A stretch of DNA of 63,854 bases, filler included, from Thelocarpon superellum (taxonomy: Eukaryota), in assembly GCA_026025795.1 (NCBI GenBank). It is 10 parts of 10 records of this genome, joined end to end, with 100 filler letters (N's around TTAATTAATTAA, not from the genome) between each part and the next. Parts side by side here need not be neighbours in the genome. Positions count along the whole stretch, not along the records: positions 6,742 to 13,381 come from JAPEUG010000667.1; positions 13,482 to 20,120 come from JAPEUG010000668.1; positions 20,221 to 26,846 come from JAPEUG010000669.1; 7 more parts are not named here. The stretch is one strand, 5' to 3'. The notes below the pieces were generated by a model. It had not been told where the DNA came from. It saw nothing but the letters and a program-made list of their open reading frames with translations, and searched no databases. Both the position numbers and the translations under genes were made by a program. Numbering within the stretch: position 1 is the stretch's first letter; each line of letters begins with the position of its first letter. Shown here in pieces: positions 11,483-24,000 of the stretch.

Positions 11483-12349
11483 ATGTGGATCGTCAACTGG
11501 TGTAAGTTGTCCCGTCCGCGTACCCTGCCAACGAGGGAGTGGAGGAGATCAAGGGGATGACCTGACGAGGGAATCCGCAGTCTGGGATGTGCTGGCGTCG
11601 CTTGGGTTGATGAACAAGCACGCCAAGCTACTGTTCTTGGGTCTGGACAACGCTGGCAAGACGACGCTATTGCACATGCTGAAGGTGCGTATCCTCTCTG
11701 ACCATGACTTGATGGAGTCCGGTCGACAGAGACTAACGCTTGATCTGGGACAGAACGATCGAGTGGCAATTCTACAGCCGACTTTGCATCCAAGTATGAC
11801 CCACGTCCTCCCAAAAGACTCCAGGAGATGAAAACACACGCTGACGCACGCTTCTCTCCAGCCTCGGAAGAGCTCGCGATCGGCAACAACCGGTTCACGA
11901 CTTTTGATCTTGGGGGCCATCAACAAGCGCGTCGTCTATGGAAAGACTACTTCCCCGAGGTATCTGGAATAGTGTTCCTGGTCGACGCCAAGGACCATGA
12001 ACGCTTGCCGGAGTCCAAGGCGGAGCTGGACGCGCTGCTCTCGATGGAAGATCTGAACAAAGTGCCCTTCCTGATCCTCGGCAACAAGATCGACCACCCG
12101 GACGCCATCAGCGAGGAGGAACTCCGACATCAGCTGGGCTTGTACCAAACTACGGGCAAGGGCAAGGTGCCCCTCGAGGGCATCAGACCCATCGAGGTTT
12201 TTATGTGCAGTGTGGTGATGAGACAAGGTGAGTGACGAATGATTGAGTGCTGGGAGGGGGTGGATTCGCCGCTCCAGATGCAGATGCAGCGGCTGATGAA
12301 GTGAATAGGCTATGGCGAGGGGATTCGGTGGATGTCGCAATACGTGTAG
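11483..12349 (+). CDS. SAR1: COPII small GTPase Sar1
   Basis: Exons 11483-11501, 11581-11684, 11754-11793, 11862-12227, 12309-12349. Protein: [38 protein letters not shown], ending [13 protein letters not shown]. Confidence 0.98.
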
Positions 12350-14426
12350 ATGGGGGGGAGAAAACGGGGAGGGGGAGAGAATGAAACGATGAGAATGAAG
12401 AATAGAGGATGAAGGATGGGGAGGCAAGTAGCAGTGGCAGCGAAAGGGATAGCGGAAGAGGGGGGGGGGAGAGATGCAGTAGTGGTACATCAAGATCAAG
12501 GCGGCAGTGAGTGGTGGTGAGAAATAGCAGGAGGGGTAGTAGTCGGCTTCATGTACCTCGTACCGTTATTTTTGTTCATGCTCTCTTTCGCCTCTTTCCC
12601 TCCTCACCCTCTTCCTCTCTCTGTGTTGCAGTTCACATGGGGATGGGGATTACAACTCATTTCCAACACGAGCTTGGAAGAGGAAAACCAAAGAGGGAAA
12701 AACGATGGTAAAAAGAACTACGGTGGAATAATGTGGTCTGAGACGTTTGGAGGATTGATTGATGGACGTTGAGTGAATGAGTGAGTGATCTGATCTGGGC
12801 GGAAATGGGAATGGAGGAACTGCCTGGACCGTTGTCGTCGTCCGTATCGCCGTTCGTCCCTCTCCTGTTTCCCCTTCCTGCCTATCTCCCCATCAACTTG
12901 CATCTTCATCTTCTTCATCGTCCATAGACATGGGCCATCGTCATCGTCATCGCCATCGTCTCCGTCTCCGTCTTCGTCTCCACACTTGTTTCTATCTCCA
13001 TCACCATGTCATGACCATCACCATCGCCAGCACGGTAACATCAGCGACAAAGACAATGACCATCTTCTCCGTCTTGGCTATACCCCTCTCCTTCTCCTTC
13101 GCATCCCAGACAAAGAGCACACTCCATTTCCTTTCATCCATCATCTGTCGTCCATTTCCCACCCAGTTGATCCGAATCGCGAATACGTTGGGCACCATTA
13201 CCACTACAGATATCCACGCCACACACACGGCAACCACGACGTATCCACGAAGCAAAAGACGATGCAAGATACACAGCCTTCTCATGTCATCGTCGTCGGG
13301 GCCGTTGGGAGAGCGGGGTGAGGAAGGACGAAGGAAGGCGAAGAACAGGAGAGGGAAAGGTCGTTGCACTGGTCACTACCCNNNNNNNNNNNNNNNNNNN
13401 NNNNNNNNNNNNNNNNNNNNNNNNNTTAATTAATTAANNNNNNNNNNNNNNNNNNNNNNNNNNNNNNNNNNNNNNNNNNNNTGTAGAGGATATCTCCTGC
13501 GTGAAAGAAGACTGTTCACGTCGATGAATGTAGATCTCGACATGAGAGAAATGCGTTGGACCTCTGCGCGGACCACCCTTGCGTCAGGCATTGTGTCACA
13601 TCCCTGCAACTCGGCCTTCGCCCACTCGCCGTCTCGCGTGTGAACGTCCATACTGGCACTCGCCTACTCATTCTCTCAGAGTCAGCGAGGAGCCAAGGCC
13701 AAAGTTCACACCAGCTTTGCAATCGGTCAGATTCGCAATGACTTGCGTCAGTCTGTCGCAATGACCGTGGCATTCCCAGACGACTAAAGTAGTCAGAGGC
13801 AGGAAACCTTATCACGGCGCTATCGATAGGGGAGATGCTCGCGCCCCCTATCGTACTGGCGCCGAGGTGACCCTGTCGGCTTGGCACACCTACGACGACA
13901 TTATGATCCAGACTTGCGCCGAGCCTGTACTGGTCTCGACTGCTGTTTCGACGCGAGCGCGGTCGTCTGACGGCCCGTGTTTCTAGCCCATGGTGGAGTG
14001 CAACGGCCCCAGATGATACAGACTTTGTCGGTGGTTGACTTCGTCATTAACATCGAGATCTTGCCGGCGACGGAGTAGGTACGGCAGAGATGAGAGTCAA
14101 AGATAGAGGGCTGAAGGCAGGATTGGGGACGTCCAGAAAGGAAGTTTTATGGAACTTTGGCTTTAGAAAAGACAACCTGAATTTCATCTTCTAGACGTTG
14201 CATGCGTGCCCGTACCATTTACTAAATCCCGACCCTCCACCAAAGAGCTCTCACGCCACCCCATGCACGGGGCTACAGACATGATGCTAAGGGTCCGTCT
14301 CGTCCACGTCCCACACGATGGAACCTCCCGAATCTTAATACAGTATAAAAGTAGATGCGGATCAGGTAGATCTCGCGCTTGGATCCCGTGCCAAGGGAGC
14401 TTGACGATAGACCCAGAGAAGATGAC

Positions 14427-15270
14427 CTACAACGCAGCGGCGAAACCAGCAGCCACGACGGCAGCAGCGCCGGCAAGGGAGCCACCCAAGACCTTTTGAG
14501 CACCACCCGTGAACGTAGCTGGGCTCGTGGCCGTGGTGGGCGTCGTGTAAGCGAAGCTGGTCGTTGGCGTCGTAGCTGTCGTGGGCAAGGGAATGCCTAC
14601 AAGAATGTTAGCCGTGTGCGTCGCCTGAGGTCCGCGGGAAAGGCACATACCAGGCGTCGGGGTCGTGTAGGGCACGCCCGGGGTGGCCGGAGAGCCCGGG
14701 ATGGGGGTGGTGGTGTAGAAGTAGCTCGACGTCCGCGTGCACGAGCAGCCCGCGTCAAAGAAGGTGCTCGTCGTCGTATATGTCGTGACCGAGAGCACGA
14801 ATCCTGGGCTGTTGATGTTGTAGGGAACACCGGGGGTTTGGTACGGGCCAAAGGTTGTGATGTACGGCGAAGTGTACGACACGTCTGTCTCGGGTCAGCC
14901 ACGAGGGTCGATCGATCTTTCAAGAGCTTCTCACATCCGGGTTGACCCGGCAGCAGGGTCTGGCCGTTGATGATCTGCCCGTTCTGCCCGTTCTGCCCCT
15001 GGCAGGTTTGGGCCAACGCCGCTTGGGCGTTTGGCAGGTCAGCGCCTTGGCACAAGGTATTGATGGCATTTTGCACGGCGCCGTAGTATTGACCGCAGAT
15101 GTTGCCGCCGCCATTGTTGGGTTGCTCGCTGCCAGGGAGGTCAGCATGCATCACCAATCTGGGCGGAACGCCACGTACCTGATGGCCGTATCGAAACAGG
15201 CCGGCTGGGCCTGAGTCGTGGCGGTCAAAGCGGTCAGGGCCGCAGCCAGGAGAGCCGATTTGATGAACAT
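14427..15270 (-). CDS. Small secreted, probably GPI-anchored cell-wall protein with Cys-containing N-terminal domain and Thr/Pro-rich stalk
   Basis: Signal peptide MFIKSALLAAALTALTATTQA. Introns 15129-15178, 14885-14934 and 14597-14650 join in frame. QPACFDTAI..ICG..LC..TC domain; C-terminal GPI-like signal TFTGGAQKVLGGSLAGAAAVVAAGFAAAL*. Confidence 0.88.
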
Positions 15271-16078
15271 GGTGATGGGATAGGAGGAGCTCCAGAGAAA
15301 GTGGAGAGGAGGGTGGGGAGGGGGAAGATTGAAGGAGATCTTATAGCACGCGACAAGCTCGGCGATGGGAGGGTAGGGAGCGACTGGGTGAGCGAGGGCG
15401 ATCTGTAAAAGAGTGAACAGATGCCTGGTAGCGAGCGAGGTGCGACGTGAAGAGAAGGACAGGACACCATCCTTTTGACCGGGGCGGGAGAGCCAGAGGA
15501 TAAATACAAGACAAAGGAAACGCAGTGGCAGAGACGGGTGGAGAGGAAACGGAGGCTCAATTGGCCATGGCACTCTCGTGCAGGCTCCTTCGTCATGCCC
15601 TATATTGGCCTACCCGCTTCGGCAAAGCGGACGGTGTTATGCATGGAAGCCGGCGTTGACGTCGGTTCAGGCACGAAACAACCTACGCCTATCACGACCC
15701 CGGTCGTCCCACTAGCCAGGGCTAAAACGGCGGGGTTCCGACAGGCGAAGTTACGCCCCTCTATGCTCACGACCCTGACGGCGCTCGCACGCTTTGATTT
15801 GATGCCAGGATGTTTCGTCCCTCATCTCCATCCTCGCGGCCTGCGGTACTGCAGCGTTGCATAGACCAGCGTAATCTCGACACAGGGTGCACATCCCTCG
15901 GCAATCAACCGGGCTGATGTCTACGTAACCATCTCGCCAGAGCAGTCCGTCGCCTCCGCCTACATCCTCGTCCCGGAGGACTCTGCCTCGCTGGCCGCGC
16001 ATCAACGCCATCCTCCGGTGCATTGGTTCTAATTTCGGCCGTCGGCGTGGTCGGCTCGATCACCGCATGAATGCTGTC

Positions 16079-17387
16079 CTATCCGCCCGCAGCCTCGCGG
16101 TAGATGGAGATGCTACCGTTCGCCCCGCCGACGGCAAAACTTTCGTTCCTTCCCGTCTTCGGTAGCCATTTTACACTCCACAACGTCTTGTCCGTCTCCG
16201 TGTGCGTCGCCACGCAGGTCCGTAGGTCGATGGACCACACCTTTGCTTTGCCGTCAAAGGCCCTACCAAACGCATGAGTCGGACTTGACCCTCTCCACCG
16301 CTCATGGGTGTAGGATCTTACCCGCTCAGAAGAAACTCGCCCGTGTCGCTCCAGTCCAGTGAAACGATCCACGCCCCGTGCCCGGTCAGATTCCCAATTT
16401 GCTCGCCGGACCCGACGTCGTAGAGCGCGATGACGCGGGCGTCGCCTGCTGCCGCCAGTAGCTTGCCTCCTGGTGAGAAGGCTACGGCGCGAACGGGCTG
16501 GATTAATGCTATACCGGAGATTCGCTATTAGCTAGACGCCCTACTCTTGCGCATCTGGCCGGCCCACCTGGGAGCGAATGCAGCATCCGGCCGCTGCTAT
16601 TGTTGAAGATGTAGACCCCGCCATTTTCGTGCCCTGTGGCCGTGTGCAGACCATCGACGGACTGGTCAGGTTCCACTTTAGCCTCCCACGCCTGAGGCCG
16701 CGTAGGAAGGGGTAATGACAGACCAGATCGATACACATCCCAAAGCTTCCCTTGGTCTCATACTCGTGAGATTTCGCCCGAGCGTCCGACGTGTCCCACA
16801 CATTCAGCCGGCCGTCAGATGATGTGCTCGCCAGGTGCCGTCCATCGGCCGAGAGTGCGATCGCCCACATTTCACCAGCCCGGTTGGCATCTACCCCACA
16901 TGCCGCCGTCAGCCCCCCTCGCTCGCCATCTTCTCATCAGGCGTGGCCCGCCACCACCATGAAGTCGCACCTACAACCCTACCCTCCTCGGTCCACTGCT
17001 CATCGCTCGCAGCGGACCAGATGATGGCCTCACCACCAAAGCCGATGCTGGCAGCCTTCTTCCCATCCTTGCTTGTCACGACGTGATGGCAGCCCAGTTT
17101 GTGGGCCGGGGTGACTATTTGCCCGAGGGGATAGTCCGCCTTGGTGGTCGAGTGTACCTTGATCGAGGATGAGCCAGACGCTGAGAGGATCTGTGAAGAG
17201 GTGACCGCGAGAGAGAAGATGTCGGTGTCATGTGCTGTTGAATCGTAAGCCCACCGCTCAGTGTCCAGTCGTCGACGTAGTATCCTACCATTGTCGATCG
17301 TATACGTCGTGAGGTATTGTTTAGACTATGGGCTGGATTAATGTGGCCGCCTGAGTCTATTCACTGGATTTGCGTAAAGCATACCAT
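16079..17387 (-). CDS. SKI8: WD40 protein Ski8/Rec14 (SKI complex, meiotic recombination)
   Basis: First exon is ATG only (17385-17387), then SKQYLTTYTIDNAHDTDIFSLA. WD repeats include ETKGSFGMCIDL, GHENGGVYIF and LTGHGAWIVSLDWSDTGEFLLSG; ends SISIYREAAGG*. Six introns. Confidence 0.92.
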
Positions 17388-17762
17388 GATGTCCCAATCG
17401 CTGATTCGGTCAGTCAATGATCATGGTGGGTTTTCGCGCGTCTAGTAACTTCCATGTGGAAATCTTGACGAAGTTAAGGCGGAGGTGAGGTCGCTTGATC
17501 TAGATGTTGTCCTCGGCCACGGCATAGGAACACGAGTTTCGCAGATTTGTTCGTGGCATGAAATGAAGACGTTTCCGAGGCTAAAGACTTTCACCTTCAT
17601 GCTCTTTAATGTACATATCTACATTGTCTTGTCTACCCTGGATCTGCGTGGGACAGATCCACGCAGAAAGCCGAAACCACAGATACCCCCCCAGCCACGC
17701 TATGCAGAGGACCGCTGTATCGTCCGGTATTTCAATGTGTTGACCAGCGCTCACCAGGACTG

Positions 17763-18269
17763 TCATGACTTTCCCGTCGCCGCGCCTTCCGCAGGAGATT
17801 TCTTCTTTCCCAGCCACATGCTTCGAATCTCTGCATGACTTTGAATCAGCGAGATGCAACCACGATAGGGCCCATTCACATAGGGTAAACTCTCACCTTC
17901 GACGCAGTATGGACATAGCAGATGTGCACGTTTGACCCGACCACAGCCTGAGCACCGATTCAGGGCCGTAACATCTTTTAGCGCCTTGCCTGCCAACTGC
18001 CGACTTCGCTTCTTGCCATACGATGTTTTCTTCTTTGGTACCGCACGGAGCACCGACTCCCACAAGTCTGACCAGAGCGAGGGAAAGTCGAGTCGTAGAA
18101 GCTGCGACAAAAGAGGAGGGAAGGCGAAAAGGATCGCGGCCATCGGATGCGAGGCGGTGCCGAGGGTCATGAAGTGCCTTCGCACATTGATACTTGCCGG
18201 GTGGTGTGTGAGGCGAACGATGGATGTGGAGCGCTGCAGGGAAGATCGGAAAGCTGTGAGGGAAATCAT
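17763..18269 (-). CDS. MRPL32: Mitochondrial ribosomal protein bL32m
   Basis: Arg/Ser-rich presequence, then LRAVPKKKTS and the Zn motif CSGCGRVKRAHLLCPYC. Intron 17831-17896. An in-frame upstream ATG at 18347 is an alternative start. Confidence 0.92.
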   Translation of the reverse strand: MISLTAFRSSLQRSTSIVRLTHHPASINVRRHFMTLGTASHPMAAILFAFPPLLSQLLRLDFPSLWSDLWESVLRAVPKKKTSYGKKRSRQLAGKALKDVTALNRCSGCGRVKRAHLLCPYCVEGESLPYVNGPYRGCISLIQSHAEIRSMWLGKKKSPAEGAATGKS

Positions 18270-18622
18270 CTTCGAGAATGGTTGAAACGTCAGGAGAATT
18301 GAGTCAACAGTGCGGCCGTACGCAGAAACCTTTTCAGTCTCAGACATCGGAATCCGCGTCAAGCAGTACTATTGCATTTATCCACAAATTCTGCGGCTAT
18401 GGACCAATAAGGGCGGACCATTTTCATTGAGTTGACTAACCTTATAGGGTATGGCGCAACAGACCCCTTTTCCCGTCTCTCCAATTTTGCCGACATCGAC
18501 AGCTCAAAGTTGACGATCGGCGTTCACACGAGCTCTCATCATCACTGATTGCGCGACCCGTCCACCCCGTTCCGCCATCCGACGCCCTCGATTTGCTTTT
18601 CATTCGACGTGCTTATCTGAAG

Positions 18623-19979
18623 ATGGCCACTGCAAATACCATGTCGGCGCCCAAGGACAGCGTCTTCCCTCGGAGCCACGTCGGTTTCGATAGCATCACC
18701 TCGCAGATTGAGAAGAAGCTGCTCAAGCGTGGCTTCCAATTCAACGTGATCTGTGTTGGTACGAAGACCCATCACGCGTGAGATCACGTCTTGAGCCAAT
18801 GCTCACAGATGAACAGGTCAGACGGGTCTCGGAAAATCGACGCTCATCAACACCATCTTCGCCTCGCACCTGATCGACTCCAAGGGTCGTCTGACGCCTG
18901 ATGAGCCTGTCCGGAGCACGACGGAGATCCAAACGGTGTCTCACAGTAGGTCGGACTGGCTGAAAGCCCATAGGCGTCAGCTAAGCAGGAATTGCAGTCA
19001 TCGAGGAGAATGGTGTCCGTTTGCGGCTCAACATCGTGGATACGCCCGGCTATGGCGACCAGGTCAACAACGATCGATGGTGCGTAGCCAATGCGATACG
19101 AGGCAACGGGTCGTGACTGACTTCGAGCAGCTGGGATCCCATCGTCAAGTACATCAAGGACCAGCACTCGGCGTATCTACGCAAGGAGCTCACGGCGCAA
19201 CGTGAGCGGTATATCCAAGATACCCGCATCCACTGCTGCCTCTTCTTCATCCAACCATCGGGACACGCGTATGTCTCTCTATGGCCAAGCGAGCAATGAT
19301 CATCGGGCATCTATGGCTGACAGTGACAGGCTAAAACCAATTGACATTGTGGTCCTCAAGAAGTTGTCCGACGTGGTCAATGTTGTCCCAGTCATTGCCA
19401 AGTCCGACTCTCTCACCATGGAGGAGCGTAGCGCCTTCAAGGAGCGGGTAGGCGACGCTCGTCTGCTAAAATGGGACTTGACTGACAACCGGATAGATCA
19501 AGGAGGAGTTCGCCTTCCACAACTTGAAGATGTATCCGTACGACAACGACGAATTCGACGACGAGGAGCGTGCGCTCAACGCGCAGATCAAGGTACGCCC
19601 CGAGAAATATGGATGACAGGCCGTTCCTAACGAGCCGCAGCGGATCATCCCGTTCGCCGTGGTCGGCTCGGAGAAATCCATCATCATCGGTGGCAAGCAA
19701 GTGCGCGGCCGACAGAACCGATGGGGGGTGATCAACGTCGAAGACGAGAACCACTGCGAGTTCGTGTATCTGCGGAACTTCTTGACGCGGACGCACCTGC
19801 AAGACCTCATCGAGACGACGTCACAGATCCACTACGAGACTTTCCGCGCCAAGCAGCTGCTGGCGCTCAAGGAGAGCAGCGCCGTTGGCCACTCGAGCAG
19901 CCGACCCATCAGCCCGGCCGCGGAGCGAGAACTCAGCCGGAACTCCAACCGCATGACGATGAACGGGTACGGGCCGTAA
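18623..19979 (+). CDS. CDC10: Septin Cdc10/AspD
   Basis: HVGFDSITSQIEKKLLKRGFQFN, GQTGLGKST, DTPGYGDQ, VIAKSD and GRQNRWG; no C-terminal coiled coil; six GT-AG introns. Divergent from MRPL32 across about 350 bp. Confidence 0.96.
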
Positions 19980-20220
19980 GTGTGACGCTCGTCTTGGTCA
20001 TGCGGCGACAGAGGTATTCGCAGACGGGATTTGAATGAGCCGAGCGAAGTCGTCTGAAGAGACATACCATCGGAACGGCGTCGGAGATGGAAAGACGACC
20101 TGTGGCGTCTCTCCTGACCGNNNNNNNNNNNNNNNNNNNNNNNNNNNNNNNNNNNNNNNNNNNNTTAATTAATTAANNNNNNNNNNNNNNNNNNNNNNNN
20201 NNNNNNNNNNNNNNNNNNNN

Positions 20221-20320
20221 CTAACCCTAACCCTAACCCTAACCCTAACCCTAACCCTAACCCTAACCCTAACCCTAACCCTAACCCTAACCCTAACCCT
20301 AACCCTAACCCTAACCCTAA
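20221..20320 (+). repeat. Telomeric repeat (CCCTAA)n = (TTAGGG)n at contig start
   Basis: CTAA plus 16 perfect CCCTAA units at the first base of contig 4, in the orientation expected for a left chromosome end. Confidence 0.95.
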
Positions 20321-21043
20321 TAGCGATCCTACCAACCCTAATGACACTCCCTCGTGTACCTCCTTGGACACCCCTCACACCTTCTCCCCACACTCAAAAG
20401 CAAGATACTTGGTGGCTTCGCCACCAGAAAGACAACCCTAGAGGGATGTCATCTTAGGGTTAGGGTTACAACCATTGGTAGACCATAGAGACCAAAAGTG
20501 CAAAAATCACCCCACTCTAGCTCTTGACAGGATATTCCGAGACTCCGCTGAATTTAACAGGATTGAGAAATTCAATATATGGCTCGTGCGCTGTGTTTAA
20601 ACATAAATTCCGCCTCCTGCATTAGCTAGCTTGTGAATACTATGAAAGGCAAGCCAGATAATATTATATGGTATTGTTGCTCTCCAATCACAGGGAAGTC
20701 GTCCCAAAATTCCTGGGACACGTGAATGCGGGTTCATCTTGAATTGGTCAAACGTTCGATGACCGGATCATGATGAGCACCAATTGTAGCTACTGTGTAA
20801 ATGGTATCTTGAATGGCTTCTAAAGAATCGAACGAGTACGTTTCCAAGCCCACGTCCATTTAGCAGCTGGGCCACTTTGCTGCTCCATACGCCAGCCGTT
20901 TATTTTCACCAAGTATCGCCCGCTGGCATCATCATCGCCGACGTGAAAACATCAAACATGGTACGAGGGTATTCCGCCAATCGCTCATCAAAGGGTGCAA
21001 GAAAAGAAGCGGAAGGTGACGCTGGAGAAGAAAAGTAATCAAG

Positions 21044-24000
21044 TCAGGCCTGGAGCTCAGCCTGGACAGGGAAATCCGTAGCTGGGTTCTCGCAGTGACT
21101 CATCTGTAGCTGGGCGGTCCAGCGGGTGCACAATTCCGTCGCCGCCTGTACATTCAAATTCTCGCCCGTGTCGGTCTCGGCGAGGGCTTTCTTGGCCAGG
21201 TCGGCGGGGAAGCCCATCCCGACAAGCTTCTCGACCGCTTTGTCGACGGGATCATCGACCTGGGCCAAGGGAGCGGGAATGAGACCCGGCATGGAGGTTC
21301 GGATGGAGGACGGTAGCACGGGGATGGCAGGAACGGATGCGGGAGTCGGGGTCGGGTCGAGCTTTCGAAAGATGTCCGACCACGTGCTCATCGGTCGCTC
21401 TTCTGCCATAGGCACCTGACTGATTTCCGGGGACTGTCGGAGTGCCCGGACATCCGCGGCGTAGGCAAGACGACGCTGGCGGTCTGCCGACTTCTGGTTG
21501 AACTTGCCAGGCACGTGACGAGCAGACCCCGGGGCGCTCGCTGAAAGGGTGCGGGAGTGGGAACGCTCTGGAATGCGAAGGGCCGACATTTTTTCTTCAT
21601 ATACGCGAGTCACCGCGTCCTTCAGAAACGTGGCCCGTGAACGCTTGTCCTTGGGCGCCTCCCATTTGGTCCACCCGTTTTCGGCGGCGAGGGTGAAGCC
21701 GGACGCTCCGGGCTGTTCCGATGGGGTGGCCAGCTCGAGGACGACAGCGGGGCCGAGTGTCAGTAAGTATGATACCCATTCCTCTGCGTCGTATGTTAGT
21801 GATCCGGTGGCGGAATGGGGACGACGGAGGCCTACCGATCATCCGATCCTCGCGTTCGATGTCGCCCTCAACCACATCTTGGCCGGCGAAGATCCCAACC
21901 TGGCGTGCCATGTCACGCTTCCCGTGGAAGCCGTGAATGAGAACGCTGAGGCATGTCCAGATTTCAGTCATGTCCCAAAGCTGATTCGGCGTAAGTCCGG
22001 CGGCATTGCCATAGCCAAAGGAATCGGGCGGGTTGAGCAGGGCGCTGGAGTTCCCAATGGCCGGATCTGTCGCGGCAAGGGATGAACAGCAGGTATCTTG
22101 ATGAGCGATAACACCGCCACGTAACCAATCCGTCTGACCGACGAGATCGTCTTCACTGTTCTTGTTGCTGCCGAAGATCTTGCAAAACGTCCAGACTCGC
22201 CAGAAGGCATCGTCCAACTGCAATGAGCGTTGATCGTCATTCCCGGCGAGAGCCGCCACGGTCTCTGGTCGAAGGAAGCTCTCGCATCGGACCAAGATCA
22301 ACGACTTGAGGGCGACCATGACATACAAATCACGGGTGTACAGCTGGAGGAAAGACTTCGGCGTATAGCCGAGTTCGCTTTGACCGCGGCTCGCTCCCTC
22401 ATCGTCACGCGGAGGAGGTGAAGTCTCGCGAAGCTCCCAAGCTGGGGGAGACATAGCCTTGAGCGCGTTTCGCATCAAGGCAAGCTCGTTGCGCTTAAAT
22501 GTCTTGTAGAAGCCTTTGCTGACCACGGCGGTCGAGAAGAGGTCCTGCAGATTGGTCAAGCTCTGCAAAATCTTCAAGAGCACCTGTTCGGCAGCATCGG
22601 CGGGGATGCCCGACGGGGGTGCGGGCCGGGTCGCAGGCATCGGGAAGGGGGGCATGAATGGCGACGGTGGGGTGGCCGGCAGCTCCGACATATTCGCGAC
22701 CGTGGTGGAGACCCGTGAGGGCACGCCCGGGGGCTTGGTAGTGGGCATGGCCGGGATCTCCTCGGGGATGATTTTTCGTGGCGGCAAGATGACCGAGGGG
22801 GCGCGGTAGCGTGCGTGCTTGGATCGCTCGTAGCTACAATGCAGCGCGGCCAGCTCCGACGCTTTCTTGGTGTCGGCCAGCTTGAAGGCTTCCAGGCGGA
22901 TGAGGTCAGAGCGCTCCTTCATCTTCACCAGTTCCAGTCGCTTGGTGATCTCCCACACGGACGGGTCTGGGGAGGCCTGCGACGTGGCCGAGACCGAGGC
23001 CGACACGGGGGTATTCGGCAGCGATCGGAGCGTCGAGCTAGGCGAGTCAATGAGGCTCACCCGAAGATCATGACCGGGTTGCGTGCGTGTGAGGATCTTT
23101 TGGGCGCGCTTGGACCACTTGATCCGGTAGGTGTCCCGTCGCGGCTCCGCGAATGGCGCTGGCAGTTCTGCCGGAGCCGTCGTAGGTGACGCGGGTCCCT
23201 TGTGATGCCGCGCGGCGTCCTTGGCTGCAATGGCGACTTTCTCCACCGGCGCCGAATCCATTGTCGGCGTCGGGGGGGCGGGGGGGGCACGACTCGGTGC
23301 CATGAGCATGGGCCCCCGCGCGATCTGCAGCGGGTCTCGCGCCTCCGGGACGTCAGGGTCAGATGACAGGGGCGGGGTGGAGCTGTGCTCGGAGATAGTG
23401 CCAAGCTGGACGGCCAATGCCTCTTCGGCTTCCATGAGGGAGGTTATGGTCATCTCGGTGCGAGGGCTTGCGCGAACAAAGGCCTGGTCCAGAGCGTCGA
23501 GGTCATGGGTGGAGTATTTACTCTTCAGCCCAATGCGGACGGCGGCGCGCGGAGGTGGCTTGAGGGAAGAAGGCGAATCAGGAAAGAGCAAGGGTGAGTT
23601 TGATCTGGACGACTTGGGCGATGCAGATTTCAAAAGCTCTGGCTTTGGGCGATGTCGGCCTCCCACATTGAGTGGAGCGGGAGCCATGTCCAGCGGAGCT
23701 GGTGGTAGCGGCTTATTGGCCAGGCTCGCCAGCGATAACGCACTACCCTTGGGTTTGAGAGATCGCGGCGGCGGCGGTTGCGGTTGCGATTGCGGTTGCT
23801 GCTGCGACTGCGGCTGCGGCGGCGGCTGCGGCTGCGGCTGTTCATCGTAGACCCCAGCGCGGACGGGCGAGAGGATGGAATAGGCAACGCTGGCCGTCCG
23901 ATTGACGGCGGCTGGCTTGAAGACCATGTCCAACGTCGCGCTGGACATGGATGATCGACCGCTGTAAGTGGACGACGCATCGTCGTCCACATGGTCATCC

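Noticed and set aside
12350..13381. Short ORFs on both strands downstream of SAR1
   Set aside because: Low-complexity purine/pyrimidine and (CATCGT)/(CGTCTC) repeats; I could not build a consistent spliced gene model.
13482..14100. Possible minus-strand gene fragment at the start of contig 3
   Set aside because: Candidate exons do not join into a convincing frame and show no recognisable motif.
20165..20393. (LG)n and (VR)n dipeptide ORFs
   Set aside because: Translations of the telomeric repeat running into the linker.
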